This document shows positions 39,500 to 49,691 of a DNA stretch of 62,655 nt, piece after piece. The first letter of the stretch is position 1, and each line of letters begins with the position of its first letter. The stretch lies in NCBI GenBank assembly GCA_902763905.1, contig CACWUA010000002.1, positions 6,075-68,729 of the forward strand, given 5' to 3'. This stretch comes from an uncultured Pseudomonadota bacterium (GTDB taxonomy: Bacteria; Pseudomonadota; Alphaproteobacteria; RF32; CAG-239). Made by a program: the position numbers and the translations under genes. The notes beneath the pieces are model-generated. The model was given only the letters and a program-made list of their open reading frames with translations. It was not told the DNA's origin and did not search any database.

Positions 39500-41464
39500 A
39501 TGAGTCTGACAAATAATAAACTGCAACAAATGGCCACAGCGTTGCGCATTTTGAGTGCCGAAGCCATAAACAAGGCCAATTCCGGACATCCGGGAATGCC
39601 GCTCGGTATGGCTGATGTGGCAACCGTTCTGTTTGCCAAATATCTGCACATCAACCCGTCGGTGCCGCAATGGTTTAACCGCGACCGCTTTGTGCTCTCG
39701 GCCGGCCACGGCTCAATGCTCTTATATTCGCTGTTTTATTTTTTGGGATATCCCGATGTTACCATTGAAGATATCAAGAACTTCCGCCAACTCGGCTCCA
39801 ATACCGCCGGACATCCGGAATACGGCCATTTAAGCGGTATTGATATGACTACCGGACCGCTCGGACAGGGTATTTCTTCGGCTGTGGGTATGGCTTTGGC
39901 CGAGCGCGTGCTCAATGCTCGTTTCGGCGATGATTTATGCAATCACTACACTTATGCTATATGCGGTGACGGCTGCCTGATGGAAGGTATTTCCGAAGAA
40001 GCGATTTCGCTGGCCGGATTATGGAAATTGAATAAGCTGATTGTTTTTTGGGACAACAACAACATTACCATTGACGGCACGGTGGATAAGTCCAACGGCA
40101 CCGACCAAATTGCCCGTTTTAAGGCAGTCGGTTGGAATACCATAGGTATTAACGGTCATAATTACGAAGAAATCGCAACGGCAATTGAAAAAGCGCAAAA
40201 ATCCGATAAACCTACATTGATTGCCTGCAAAACCGTTATCGGCTGTGGTGCCCCGAATAAATGCGGCACTCCGAAGGTGCACGGTTCTCCGCTCGGTGAA
40301 GAAGAATTGACGGCAATGAAGCAACAGCTCGGTTGGACTTACGCACCTTTTGAAATGCCGGCGGAAGTTATCGCCGCTTGGCGTGCCGCTGCGCAAAAAT
40401 CTGCAGTGCTGTATGACAACTGGCAAAAAGCCGCCGCCCAAAATGCCGAATTTACCGATTACATCAACAATGTTTTGCCGCAAAATTGGGATAAAGCCCT
40501 TAATGAACTAAAAAGCAAAACGATTAAGGAACAAACCAAAGTTGCCACTCGCAAAGCTTCGCAAATGTGTTTGGAAAATATTGTGAAATATATTCCGCAG
40601 ATTATCGGCGGTTCGGCGGATTTGGCGGCGTCGAATCTGACCTTTGTTGAAGGAATGAAAACCATTACCGCCGCCGATTATAACGGCAACAATATCATGT
40701 ACGGCATCCGCGAGCACGCCATGGGGGCGATTATGAACGGATTGGCCTTGCACGGCGGGGTTATTCCTTACGGCGGCACATTCTTTGTGTTCTCCGATTA
40801 TATGCGTCCGGCGATGCGTTTGGCGGCGCTGATGGGTTTGCGGGTAATCTATGTTTTGACGCACGACTCCATCGGTGTGGGCGAGGACGGACCGACACAC
40901 CAGCCGATTGAACATCTGGCCGCTTATCGGGCAATGCCGAACATCAACGTATTCCGCCCGTGCGATGTGGTGGAAACGGCCGAAGCGTGGCAGTTGGCGC
41001 TTAAAAACACACATACGCCGAGTATTTTGGCACTCTCACGGCAAAGTGTTCCGACCTTGCGTCATTCAAGCGAAGTCAATCTGACTTCCAAAGGAGCTTA
41101 TGTAATTTCGCCGAGTATCCATAAGCCGATTGCCACGATTATTGCCACCGGCACCGAAGTTTCGTTGGCAATTGCGGCGCAGAAAATATTGGCGGCGGAA
41201 AATATCGGTGTTAATGTAGTATCCATGCCGTGTCAGGAATTATTTGACGCACAACCGGCGGAATATAAGCGGGCAGTATTGGGCGACTTGCCGCGAATCG
41301 CCGTCGAGGCCGGAAGTTCTTACGGTTGGGAACGATACACAGGATTTAACGGTACAATTATCGGCATTGACAGTTTCGGTGCTTCCGGCAAGGGTGATGA
41401 GGTTTATAAGCACTTCGGAATCACGGCGGAAAATATTGTTGCCAGCGTTAAAAAATATCTGTAA
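39500..41464 (+). CDS. tkt: Transketolase
   Basis: SGHPGMPLGMA, GDGCLMEG and other transketolase hallmarks. Confidence 0.95.
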   Translation: MSLTNNKLQQMATALRILSAEAINKANSGHPGMPLGMADVATVLFAKYLHINPSVPQWFNRDRFVLSAGHGSMLLYSLFYFLGYPDVTIEDIKNFRQLGSNTAGHPEYGHLSGIDMTTGPLGQGISSAVGMALAERVLNARFGDDLCNHYTYAICGDGCLMEGISEEAISLAGLWKLNKLIVFWDNNNITIDGTVDKSNGTDQIARFKAVGWNTIGINGHNYEEIATAIEKAQKSDKPTLIACKTVIGCGAPNKCGTPKVHGSPLGEEELTAMKQQLGWTYAPFEMPAEVIAAWRAAAQKSAVLYDNWQKAAAQNAEFTDYINNVLPQNWDKALNELKSKTIKEQTKVATRKASQMCLENIVKYIPQIIGGSADLAASNLTFVEGMKTITAADYNGNNIMYGIREHAMGAIMNGLALHGGVIPYGGTFFVFSDYMRPAMRLAALMGLRVIYVLTHDSIGVGEDGPTHQPIEHLAAYRAMPNINVFRPCDVVETAEAWQLALKNTHTPSILALSRQSVPTLRHSSEVNLTSKGAYVISPSIHKPIATIIATGTEVSLAIAAQKILAAENIGVNVVSMPCQELFDAQPAEYKRAVLGDLPRIAVEAGSSYGWERYTGFNGTIIGIDSFGASGKGDEVYKHFGITAENIVASVKKYL

Positions 41465-41602
41465 CAACCAAATAAAAACGGCGGAAATTCACATTTTTGC
41501 CGTTTTTTTTACAAAAATGCTTGACAAAATATAAATAAAGTGCTAAAAAGTACGTTGCAATAGATATTAGTTATATATTAGAAACAATCAAAATTTCATA
41601 TT

Positions 41603-41974
41603 ATGGAAAGGAAGCTTATTACCGGTACAATAGTTACATTGGTGACTTATCCGGAGTATCTCTCGGTAATTGATATTCCCCATTATGGAGAGTACAACAG
41701 CCCGAGAATCATGAAACTTACCCCGTGTATCAAGCACGGCCGTAAGTATTTGGATCTCCGCACCGAGCGCGAGGTCGTACCTTCAAAGTCCACTCTTGAG
41801 TGGATCAATCTCTCAGGAACCGTGTTCCGTTATCCTGACGGACACAATGTGTTGGTCTCGAAGAAATTGGACGGTTCCGGCTACTTCGTAGCAAAAGAGA
41901 TCGCCGAGCAGGACATCACCAGCAGTATGATGCCACGGCGCATTTTTGATAGAACGAAGAAGAAAAGTGCATAG
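41603..41974 (+). CDS. Hypothetical protein (123 aa)
   Basis: ORF followed by a strong terminator; no motif recognised. Confidence 0.5.
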   Translation: MERKLITGTIVTLVTYPEYLSVIDIPHYGEYNSPRIMKLTPCIKHGRKYLDLRTEREVVPSKSTLEWINLSGTVFRYPDGHNVLVSKKLDGSGYFVAKEIAEQDITSSMMPRRIFDRTKKKSA

Positions 41975-41978
41975 ATTA

Positions 41979-42015
41979 AACTCCCGAAAGTTAAAATCTT
42001 TCGGGAGTTTTTTTT
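41979..42015 (+). terminator. Rho-independent terminator
   Basis: AACTCCCGAAAG pairs with CTTTCGGGAGTT (12 bp), followed by TTTTTT. Confidence 0.9.
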
Positions 42016-42027
42016 GCGCCTATTGCA

Positions 42028-42064
42028 ATGAAAAATCCCTGACGACTTAGCGACAGGGATTTTA
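42028..42064 (-). terminator. Rho-independent terminator for the 1068-aa gene
   Basis: AAATCCCTG (42033-42041) pairs with CAGGGATTT (42054-42062), with a T-run on the minus strand. Confidence 0.75.
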
Positions 42065-42085
42065 TGACAATAATGACGAATCAAG

Positions 42086-45000
42086 TTATCTGTTGTTTAA
42101 TTTTTTCATGTTCCCCATTTCATCAAGTGTCCGTCTTTTCGAAGCTTTATTCTCATCGCGAGAAGTTTCCGAAGTGGTTCTGACCAAAGCATCTTCAGCC
42201 GAGTCAATAAATTTTTCGAAGCTGAAAACTTTCTTATTGGCCTCTACCGTTTTACCGTCAATCACCGTTGTAGTGCGCTGATTAGGATTTGTTACATCAA
42301 CTTCGTTATCTTTGCGGAAGAAAGCATCACGAATAATTTTAATCAGCTTGGAAGTCGGACGATGAGTTTTATATTCATCTTTCAATTCCTGAGAAGTCGG
42401 CCACAAAATTGCCTTATCTATTTCTTCTTTGGTCATCGATTTACCCGCATTCTTAAGCTCGGCTTGTTTTTGCAAAACTTGCTTATAGCCAATCGGATCA
42501 AGAATATCGGCATTGCTGCGCTGAGCATACGAACCATTAAAGTTGGATACATTATCGTTAATTATTTTATCAATTTTCCGGCGACGTTCTTGTAAGAACT
42601 CGAGCATCGGTTTACCACCTGCTGCAACCCGTTCTTTCTCAACATTTTCATAATACGCCTTATAACCGGCATCAAAGGTCATCGGATTAACAGTCAATGT
42701 CTTCATTTTCCCGTCTTCGCCTCTTACTTTCTTTTCTGCCGGATTATAACCATGAACCATCCAATATTCCTCATCCAGATATTTACGCTCTTCCGGAGTC
42801 GGAACTTTTATTATAACTTTCGGCGGAGTCTTATCCACCGGCGGAGTTTTATCCGTAGGCGGAGTCTGCACCGGCGGAGTTTTATCCGTAGGCGGAGTCT
42901 GCACCGGCGGCGGAGTTTGTGATGTTTTCACACCGATAATTTTATCGGCAATCGCACCAATCCGTTTTTTCATTCCGCTGAAGGCGCCTTTTACCGGTTC
43001 CCAATAACCAAGACCAAATAATTTTTCACCGCCGTGATTGATTACCTCACCTACTTTGCCCGCAACCATTGTAAAGTGTTTACCTATATCGTATCCGGCA
43101 TCGGCATTTTCATTGAATGACTGAACAGGATGAGCTTCCGGACCTGTGCCAAACAAAGTAATCTTACCGGCATCATTGACATTATCGTCAATCTGCATAC
43201 CGATAACATTGTCAATTTTTGTAAGCATACTCGCCAAACCGTCAGGATTTGAGGATTTGCCGGTAGAAACCACCTCTTTTAAGGCATCAATATAATTCAT
43301 ATCCGAACCATCCGGCATTTTCATCGATAAATACTCGCCTACGGTTGTACCTACCGGAACATGCAACACATTAACAGCATAGTCGGTATTAATCGGAGTG
43401 TCCGGTTTCGGAGCCAAATAAGCCAACTGTTCAAATTTGTAACTCAATACATCCGTATTAGGTATGTAATCAGGATTTTGCGGATTATTGGCAATATCGG
43501 TATAAAATTGTCTGTCATCACCGATTGCCTGTGTAATAGCAGAACGCAGATTGGTTACCGCATCCGAAGAAACCACATTCGGATCAGACGGATCTTGTAA
43601 ATCAGGAGCAACGTGAAAACGATTCAAAAATTCGCTGAAACGAGGATCATCTAAGCGATTTGTGGCATGCTGATGTTCAATATTGCTGTAATTATGCGAA
43701 TCCGGACCTTGTTCTACGTGTCCCGGAGTGTCCGGACCTTTTTCCTGCCAAGCCGGTGTAACTCCGATCATTGAGCCGATGTAGCTTCCCAATCCGCCGC
43801 CCACAGCAATAGCAGATACTTTTTTCAGTGACTGCAACAGTGCTTTACGTTTGGTAAGACCATGTTGGCGAGCTTCTTTATAGGTTCCGTATCCGGCAAC
43901 AGCCAAGCATCCGGCACCTAATGCTGCAGCTACCGGAACATTTCCCGTTATCAAACAAGCACCGGCGGCAAATCCGAGTGTTGATGCAATATTGGTTGTC
44001 GCATACGGTTGCTTGGTCAAAAATTCGCGTAATTTCGGCTTTTGATTGTTTGCCTTAGCTTCCTTTTTATAATTTTTCCAATTCATATACATACCGACAC
44101 CGGCCATGGCCATACTGGTAACGCCTGCTACCATCGGCAACGCTTTTGTTACCGCGACGGCCGGAGCAAGGGCCGTCAATCCTAAAGCGCTTGCAGCGTG
44201 TGCACATCCGAGCGTGGCACCATAAGTTAGCAACTTCTGTGCCAAACTGGCACCTGCCGTCCATACCGCGGTCTTAAACCAATTGACGCTGTATTCTCCT
44301 TTTTCATCAAAGCGTGTTCCTTTGCGAGCATCATATTTTTCAATCGGGGCATACATTCTTTTCAGCAATGCATCTTTCGGATTATCAATGTGGTCTTCAC
44401 TTGCCAAACGTCCGATAATACCCATTGTATCATTGATTGAAAGCTGAGTTGCGGCATTAAATCCCCGAATCGACATATGTAGTGGTCTCTCCGGATCTGC
44501 CATACGAGCTTTGAACTCATTTAAATATTTTTCATCCGTAAATCTATCCGGTTCAATCAGTGCATTATGAACGTTTTCTTCCGCTGTTGCCCAAGCAAAC
44601 GCTTGAATTTTTAGTCTATCCTGAAATGCAGCCTGTAAATCTTCATCTGATATTGATTTAACATCAGCCGACATATTCTCGATAATGGTATTATTGCGGG
44701 CAAAATCAATCATTGTTTGCAATTGACTGTTTGGTTTCACGTACATACCCTGCTGCCAAGTCAATGATTCCTGATTTGTCTGCGGATTAATAAATTGCGG
44801 TACGACCTGCCCTTTTTCATCGTAAAAACGAATATTACTCAAGAATTTGTTTGTCTCATCATCTAAACCTATATTCTCGAAACGTTTGGTTAATTCTTGA
44901 TGATTTTTACGCACCTGATTAATATTATCTTTGGTTATATCGGCAATTCCGCGATCTGTGTCATAGTCCGCAATATCCATTTTCAATTTTTTATCAACGG

Positions 45001-45292
45001 CATCAATTTTTGCTTGTTGCGGCTCCGAAGCATACGGACGGCGAGCAGCCAACATTTCCTTGTAACCCTCATAAATATCGGCGATGTTAACTCTGTCGTC
45101 ATAATTAAAATTATCGCGAACAATATTTCGAATACCGGTATAATATTCATCGGTGAGCCTATCCATGCGTGCGGCGATAATATCCTGACGTTTAATCAAA
45201 TCGTCGACTTCATCTCCTTTGGCTTTGGCTATTTCTTCGCCGTAGTAATTATATACCTGTGTCAAAATTGTCGGCGGTACAACTTTCATCAT
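42086..45292 (-). CDS. Large (1068 aa) hypothetical protein with no signal peptide, a central cluster of Gly/Ala-rich hydrophobic hairpins and a Pro/Thr repeat
   Basis: Long ORF. Hydrophobic block around aa 345-510. Contains TPPVQTPPTDK repeats. Confidence 0.7.
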   Translation of the reverse strand: MMKVVPPTILTQVYNYYGEEIAKAKGDEVDDLIKRQDIIAARMDRLTDEYYTGIRNIVRDNFNYDDRVNIADIYEGYKEMLAARRPYASEPQQAKIDAVDKKLKMDIADYDTDRGIADITKDNINQVRKNHQELTKRFENIGLDDETNKFLSNIRFYDEKGQVVPQFINPQTNQESLTWQQGMYVKPNSQLQTMIDFARNNTIIENMSADVKSISDEDLQAAFQDRLKIQAFAWATAEENVHNALIEPDRFTDEKYLNEFKARMADPERPLHMSIRGFNAATQLSINDTMGIIGRLASEDHIDNPKDALLKRMYAPIEKYDARKGTRFDEKGEYSVNWFKTAVWTAGASLAQKLLTYGATLGCAHAASALGLTALAPAVAVTKALPMVAGVTSMAMAGVGMYMNWKNYKKEAKANNQKPKLREFLTKQPYATTNIASTLGFAAGACLITGNVPVAAALGAGCLAVAGYGTYKEARQHGLTKRKALLQSLKKVSAIAVGGGLGSYIGSMIGVTPAWQEKGPDTPGHVEQGPDSHNYSNIEHQHATNRLDDPRFSEFLNRFHVAPDLQDPSDPNVVSSDAVTNLRSAITQAIGDDRQFYTDIANNPQNPDYIPNTDVLSYKFEQLAYLAPKPDTPINTDYAVNVLHVPVGTTVGEYLSMKMPDGSDMNYIDALKEVVSTGKSSNPDGLASMLTKIDNVIGMQIDDNVNDAGKITLFGTGPEAHPVQSFNENADAGYDIGKHFTMVAGKVGEVINHGGEKLFGLGYWEPVKGAFSGMKKRIGAIADKIIGVKTSQTPPPVQTPPTDKTPPVQTPPTDKTPPVDKTPPKVIIKVPTPEERKYLDEEYWMVHGYNPAEKKVRGEDGKMKTLTVNPMTFDAGYKAYYENVEKERVAAGGKPMLEFLQERRRKIDKIINDNVSNFNGSYAQRSNADILDPIGYKQVLQKQAELKNAGKSMTKEEIDKAILWPTSQELKDEYKTHRPTSKLIKIIRDAFFRKDNEVDVTNPNQRTTTVIDGKTVEANKKVFSFEKFIDSAEDALVRTTSETSRDENKASKRRTLDEMGNMKKLNNR
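42821..42920 (-). repeat. 33-bp tandem repeat encoding (TPPVQTPPTDK)n
   Basis: GGCGGAGTTTTATCCGTAGGCGGAGTCTGCACC occurs twice, with partial flanking copies. Confidence 0.85.
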
Positions 45293-45319
45293 CTGCTCAT
45301 TATTGGCAGTTCTGACAAT

Positions 45320-46480
45320 TTAGTCGGCAAACAAAGCATTAAATTCATGACTATCTTTATCCGACAAAGATGCAATAGCATTCTGCGCCGCGGTGTATAC
45401 TTTACTTTGATCTCGTAATTCCTCTGCCGAAAGTTGCGGATTAATTTTTCCCATTTCAAGCAGAATATTATATTTTAGTCTATCGAATTTGGCTTCGTTT
45501 TTATCGGAATTATCTTCAAATACACGTGCGTCTTGCACAATAAACTCATCTTGTTTGTTGTTGCCATTATCATTACCACCGTGATTGTTATCATTATCCG
45601 TCAAGGTGTCAACACTTTGTTTATTTTCATTTTCCGGCTGTTGGTGCGGTATCACACTAACGTTAAGCGTTTCCTCTTTTTCTTTTTGTTCGGTCGCCGG
45701 ATATATCACACTAACGTTAAGCGTTTCCTCTTTTTCTTTTTGTTCGGTCGCCGGAGATATCACGCCCACGTTAAGCGTATTTTCCGCATTCTCTACATTG
45801 TCATATTCTCCGGCAAGCCATGCCACATAGTCAATATTTTCTTCGAGCTTTTGCATCCGTGCAATCACTTCTGCCCGTCTTTCCGGAGTCATATTGTCAT
45901 AAACGTTCCGTAATTTATTGATATCAAATCTCTCTGCTTCAAGCTCTTGTCTGATAACAGCTTGCATATCGTCTGTGCCCAGCTCATTAAACGCCATGCC
46001 GTATTTTTCCTGCGCCAATTTATCTAATTCATCACTCCGATGACGTAAAGTCGTATTGCGCAAAAAATCATAAAACTCGATATTGGCGAGTTCGTATTGC
46101 TCACGAATATTTGTCAGACTTCTTTTTTGCAAATCGTTTGTAATTTGTTCAAGAGAAACACCTTTTTCTTTGGCATCATAATTCTTTACGGAAATATAAA
46201 TCTGTTGAGCCGGAGAAAGCTGATCAAAACTGCGTATAGTACTGAGTTCTGTGGCAGTCAATGCTTCCATATCTTCCTTGTTGTTAGCCTGTCTTATTTC
46301 TTCCAAAAACTCCTTATCCGCATCGCCTAAATCATCAGTGTGACTTTTAAAGCTCATCAGCAGTGCAGTCTGCTCATAGTCCGCAATTTGCGACAAGTTT
46401 GCAATTCCGAATTCTTTTTGAATAAAGTCTAAAAATTCTGCATTATCCTTAACATCGGAAAAATTATTATAAATAGCCAT
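45320..46480 (-). CDS. Hypothetical acidic 386-aa protein with three TLNV(S/G)VI.PATEQKEKEE repeats
   Basis: AGGAGAA RBS, strong promoter upstream, 27-nt gap to the downstream large gene. Confidence 0.7.
   Translation of the reverse strand: MAIYNNFSDVKDNAEFLDFIQKEFGIANLSQIADYEQTALLMSFKSHTDDLGDADKEFLEEIRQANNKEDMEALTATELSTIRSFDQLSPAQQIYISVKNYDAKEKGVSLEQITNDLQKRSLTNIREQYELANIEFYDFLRNTTLRHRSDELDKLAQEKYGMAFNELGTDDMQAVIRQELEAERFDINKLRNVYDNMTPERRAEVIARMQKLEENIDYVAWLAGEYDNVENAENTLNVGVISPATEQKEKEETLNVSVIYPATEQKEKEETLNVSVIPHQQPENENKQSVDTLTDNDNNHGGNDNGNNKQDEFIVQDARVFEDNSDKNEAKFDRLKYNILLEMGKINPQLSAEELRDQSKVYTAAQNAIASLSDKDSHEFNALFAD
45651..45790 (-). repeat. 54-bp x about 2.6 tandem repeat
   Basis: ATCAC anchors at 45651, 45705 and 45759. 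Confidence 0.9.
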
Positions 46481-46514
46481 GGTCGTTCTCCTGAATATAT
46501 AAATCTATACGTTC

Positions 46515-46542
46515 AGTTTAGCATATTTTTGTGTTTTGTCAA
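46515..46542 (-). promoter_or_regulatory. Sigma70-like promoter TTGACA-N16-(TGC)TAAACT
   Basis: Minus-strand -35 at 46537-46542 and extended -10 at 46515-46520. Confidence 0.55.
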
Positions 46543-46581
46543 ATATTTTCGCAAAATATTATGTTAAATTTTTGTGACAAT

Positions 46582-46607
46582 AAAAAACGGCGGATTTAAT
46601 TCCGCCG
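46582..46607 (-). terminator. Rho-independent terminator after the peroxiredoxin gene
   Basis: CGGCGGA (46588-46594) pairs with TCCGCCG (46601-46607), followed by TTTTTT on the minus strand. Confidence 0.8.
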
Positions 46608-46623
46608 CTAATGTAAAATTTTA

Positions 46624-47316
46624 TTAAATTGTCAGATTATTCGTTGCCGTTTGCGAACGCATCAAGCATCCCAATCCGCGGCATATTGCTTCGTCCAACG
46701 CCAGCAATTTATCGATAATTCGCAAGGTTTCATCAACGCTGCGCTCCATTTCTTTGTCATAAACCGCCTGATAGCGAACGGTATAGTTGCGGTCAATCAA
46801 AAAAGTTGCCCGTTGCGCCATACCGTCAGAGCGCAGAACTCCGTAGCCGCGGCTGATTTGTTTATTGATATCCGATACCAAAGGAAAACCCACCTGCCCG
46901 ATACCGCCGTCGGCCAGTGACATTTTGCGCCAAGCCGCATGCGCCGCCACCGAATCGACGCTGACCGCCACTAATTTAACTCCGCGATTGGCAAATGTTT
47001 CGTAAGCCTGATTAAAATTGCTGATTTCCAGCGGGCACACCGCCGAAAAATCCGCCAGATAAAACACGAGCAACGCATAACTGTTGCTGATATAATCAAA
47101 AAAATTAAAACTGTCGCTGATTGTGTTATCGGCAAAAACCGCCGGCGCGCTGAAATTAAGGGCTTGGCTGCCGACCCCGACCGGCGTACAAGTTTCGGTT
47201 ATGAGATTTTCCGCCACATAACTGCGTCCCAAATTGCCGGGGGAAGTACAGCCGCAGTTATCATCATCGGCACAATCGCAGCGACTGGCATAATCATATT
47301 TCCATACTTTTGACAT
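46624..47316 (-). CDS. Peroxiredoxin (AhpC/TSA family) with a Cys-rich N-terminal extension
   Basis: Peroxidatic motif FSAVCPLE. The N-terminus carries CDCADDDNCGC. Confidence 0.8.
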   Translation of the reverse strand: MSKVWKYDYASRCDCADDDNCGCTSPGNLGRSYVAENLITETCTPVGVGSQALNFSAPAVFADNTISDSFNFFDYISNSYALLVFYLADFSAVCPLEISNFNQAYETFANRGVKLVAVSVDSVAAHAAWRKMSLADGGIGQVGFPLVSDINKQISRGYGVLRSDGMAQRATFLIDRNYTVRYQAVYDKEMERSVDETLRIIDKLLALDEAICRGLGCLMRSQTATNNLTI

Positions 47317-47376
47317 ATTATCCTCCTTTTCAGAACGAAAATATGCGCAAAACCCACGATTTCAATAAATAAAAAA

Positions 47377-47633
47377 GGCACAGCGCGCTAAAAACTCGGA
47401 TAATCGCGTTAATAAGAAGAGGGATTCCGACGACAAAGCATAAGAAATTGCGCTTAAACCGCGGATAATGAGTCTGATAGAAAAAGGCTTTTTCCCGTAG
47501 TGTACAAAATTTCCGGCACAGCGCGCTAAAAACTCGGATAATTGCGTTAATACGAAGAGGGATTCCGACGACGTGTACACAAAAGGTACACGAGGAGAAA
47601 TCCCTCAAGTAGTAACCGATTAGACGAGTTTTT
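47377..47633. repeat. Modular intergenic repeat, locus 2 (with an internal duplication of about 138-bp period)
   Basis: 47377-47434 and 47515-47572 differ at 2 of 58 nt. Hairpin 47557-47606 (GAGGGATT...CGTGTAC...GTACACG...AATCCCTC). The element abuts the dnaK stop. Confidence 0.85.
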
Positions 47634-49544
47634 TTACTTTACTTCTTCGAAGTCGGCATCAACCACCCCTTCATCTTTGTTGTCAGATGAAGCGGCTCCG
47701 GCATCGGCACCCTGTTGGGCGCCTGTTGCACCTTGAGCTTGTTGCGATTTATACATAGCTTCGCCGAGTTTCATTGAGGCCTGCATCAAGGCATCGGTCT
47801 TGGACTTCAAATCTTCGAGATTTTCTTTTTCCATCGCCGCCTTGGTGTCTTCCAAAGCCTTATTGATGGCGTCTTTTTCGGACGAAGAAATCTTGTCGCC
47901 GTATTCCTTAAGGTTCTTTTCAACTTCGTGAACCAAACCTTCCGCGTGGTTTTTGGCTTCTACCAATTCCTTGCGCTGTTTATCGGCTTCGGCATTGGCC
48001 TCGGCATCTTTAACCATCTTATTGATTTCGTCGTCGCTCAAACCGCCGGAAGCTTGAATGCGAATGGCTTGTTCTTTGTTGGTGGCCTTATCTTTGGCCG
48101 AAACGTTCACAATACCGTTGGCATCAATATCGAAAGTAACTTCAATTTGCGGCATACCGCGCGGTGCCGGCGGAATACCCACCAAATCAAACTGACCGAG
48201 CAATTTGTTATGCGCGGCAATTTCGCGCTCGCCTTGGAATACGCGAATAGTAACCGCGGTTTGCCCGTCTTCGGCCGTTGAAAATACTTGGCTCTTTCTG
48301 GTTGGAATAGTGGTGTTGCGGTCAATCAAACGGGTGAACACACCACCCAGTGTTTCAATACCGAGTGACAGCGGGGTAACATCCAAAAGCAACACGTCTT
48401 TAACGTCGCCCATCAACACACCGCCCTGAATAGCGGCACCTACGGCAACAACTTCATCAGGGTTAACGCCCTTATGCGGCTCTTTGCCGAAGATTTCCTT
48501 AACTTTTTCCTGAACTTTCGGCATACGCGTCATACCGCCGACCAAGATAACTTCGCTGATGTCGCTTGCTTTCAAACCGGCATCGGCCAAAGCTTTTTTG
48601 CAAGGTTCCGCAGTTTTTTCAATCAAATCTTCAACCAAAGATTCCAATTTGGCGCGAGTTAACTTGATGTTCAAGTGTTTGGCACCCGAGCTGTCCGCCG
48701 TAATAAACGGCAGGTTAACATCGGTCTGCGTGGTGGAAGATAGTTCGATTTTGGCTTTTTCAGCCGCTTCTTTCAAACGTTGCAAAGCAAGTCTGTCGGA
48801 ACGCAAATCAATACCCTGCTCTTTTTTAAACTCATCAGCCAAATAATTCACAATGCGTTGGTCAAAGTCTTCACCGCCCAAGAAGGTATCGCCGTTGGTG
48901 GCCTTTACTTCAAACACACCATCGCCGATTTCCAAAATGGAAACATCGAACGTACCGCCGCCCAAGTCATATACCACAATGGTACCGGACGCTTTTTTAT
49001 CCATACCGTAAGCAAGCGCGGCCGCAGTCGGTTCGTTGATAATCCGCAAAACTTCCAAACCGGCGATTTTACCGGCATCTTTAGTGGCCTGACGTTGCGA
49101 ATCGTTAAAATATGCCGGCACCGTAATCACGGCCTTGTCAATGGTTTCGCCCAAATAACTCTCGGCATATTCTTTGATTTTCTGCAATACAAACGCGGAA
49201 ATTTGCGACGGAGCATATTTTTGCCCTTTAGCCTCTACCCACGCGTCGCCGTTGTCGCCGGAAATAATTTTAAACGGCGAATGTTCCTTAAATTTGCTGA
49301 CTTCAGCCGAATCATAACGACGGCCGATTAAACGCTTAATGGCAAACAGGGTATTTTCCGGATTGGTAACTGCCTGACGCTTTGCCGGATATCCGACCAA
49401 ACGCTCGGTGTCGGTAAACGCCACCATCGAAGGGGTGGTTCTTGCACCCTCGGAATTTTCCAAAACTTTGGCATCTTTGCCATCCATAACGGCAAAACAA
49501 GAGTTGGTTGTACCCAAATCGATACCGATAACTTTATTACTCAT
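47634..49544 (-). CDS. dnaK: Molecular chaperone DnaK
   Basis: [15 protein letters not shown] start preceded by AAGGAGG; full Hsp70 sequence. Confidence 0.97.
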   Translation of the reverse strand: MSNKVIGIDLGTTNSCFAVMDGKDAKVLENSEGARTTPSMVAFTDTERLVGYPAKRQAVTNPENTLFAIKRLIGRRYDSAEVSKFKEHSPFKIISGDNGDAWVEAKGQKYAPSQISAFVLQKIKEYAESYLGETIDKAVITVPAYFNDSQRQATKDAGKIAGLEVLRIINEPTAAALAYGMDKKASGTIVVYDLGGGTFDVSILEIGDGVFEVKATNGDTFLGGEDFDQRIVNYLADEFKKEQGIDLRSDRLALQRLKEAAEKAKIELSSTTQTDVNLPFITADSSGAKHLNIKLTRAKLESLVEDLIEKTAEPCKKALADAGLKASDISEVILVGGMTRMPKVQEKVKEIFGKEPHKGVNPDEVVAVGAAIQGGVLMGDVKDVLLLDVTPLSLGIETLGGVFTRLIDRNTTIPTRKSQVFSTAEDGQTAVTIRVFQGEREIAAHNKLLGQFDLVGIPPAPRGMPQIEVTFDIDANGIVNVSAKDKATNKEQAIRIQASGGLSDDEINKMVKDAEANAEADKQRKELVEAKNHAEGLVHEVEKNLKEYGDKISSSEKDAINKALEDTKAAMEKENLEDLKSKTDALMQASMKLGEAMYKSQQAQGATGAQQGADAGAASSDNKDEGVVDADFEEVK

Positions 49545-49578
49545 TTTAATAAATCCTCCTTTTTTCTTTCTAGAGAGG

Positions 49579-49608
49579 TATATAGGGAGTAAATTTTTCC
49601 GATGCAAG
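49579..49608 (-). promoter_or_regulatory. Candidate sigma32 (RpoH) heat-shock promoter for dnaK
   Basis: Minus strand reads CTTG-N18-CCTATAT, against the alphaproteobacterial RpoH consensus CTTG-N17-CYTATNT. Confidence 0.45.
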
Positions 49609-49660
49609 TATGGCAACGATTTTTTTTATATTTTTTTGGGGTACTGTTATATATAAAGCA

Positions 49661-49691
49661 AAAAAAACCGCCTCTTTTGAGACGTTTTTTT
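49661..49691. terminator. Bidirectional hairpin terminator
   Basis: CGCCTC (49669-49674) pairs with GAGACG (49679-49684, one G-U pair), flanked by A8 and T7 runs. Confidence 0.55.
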
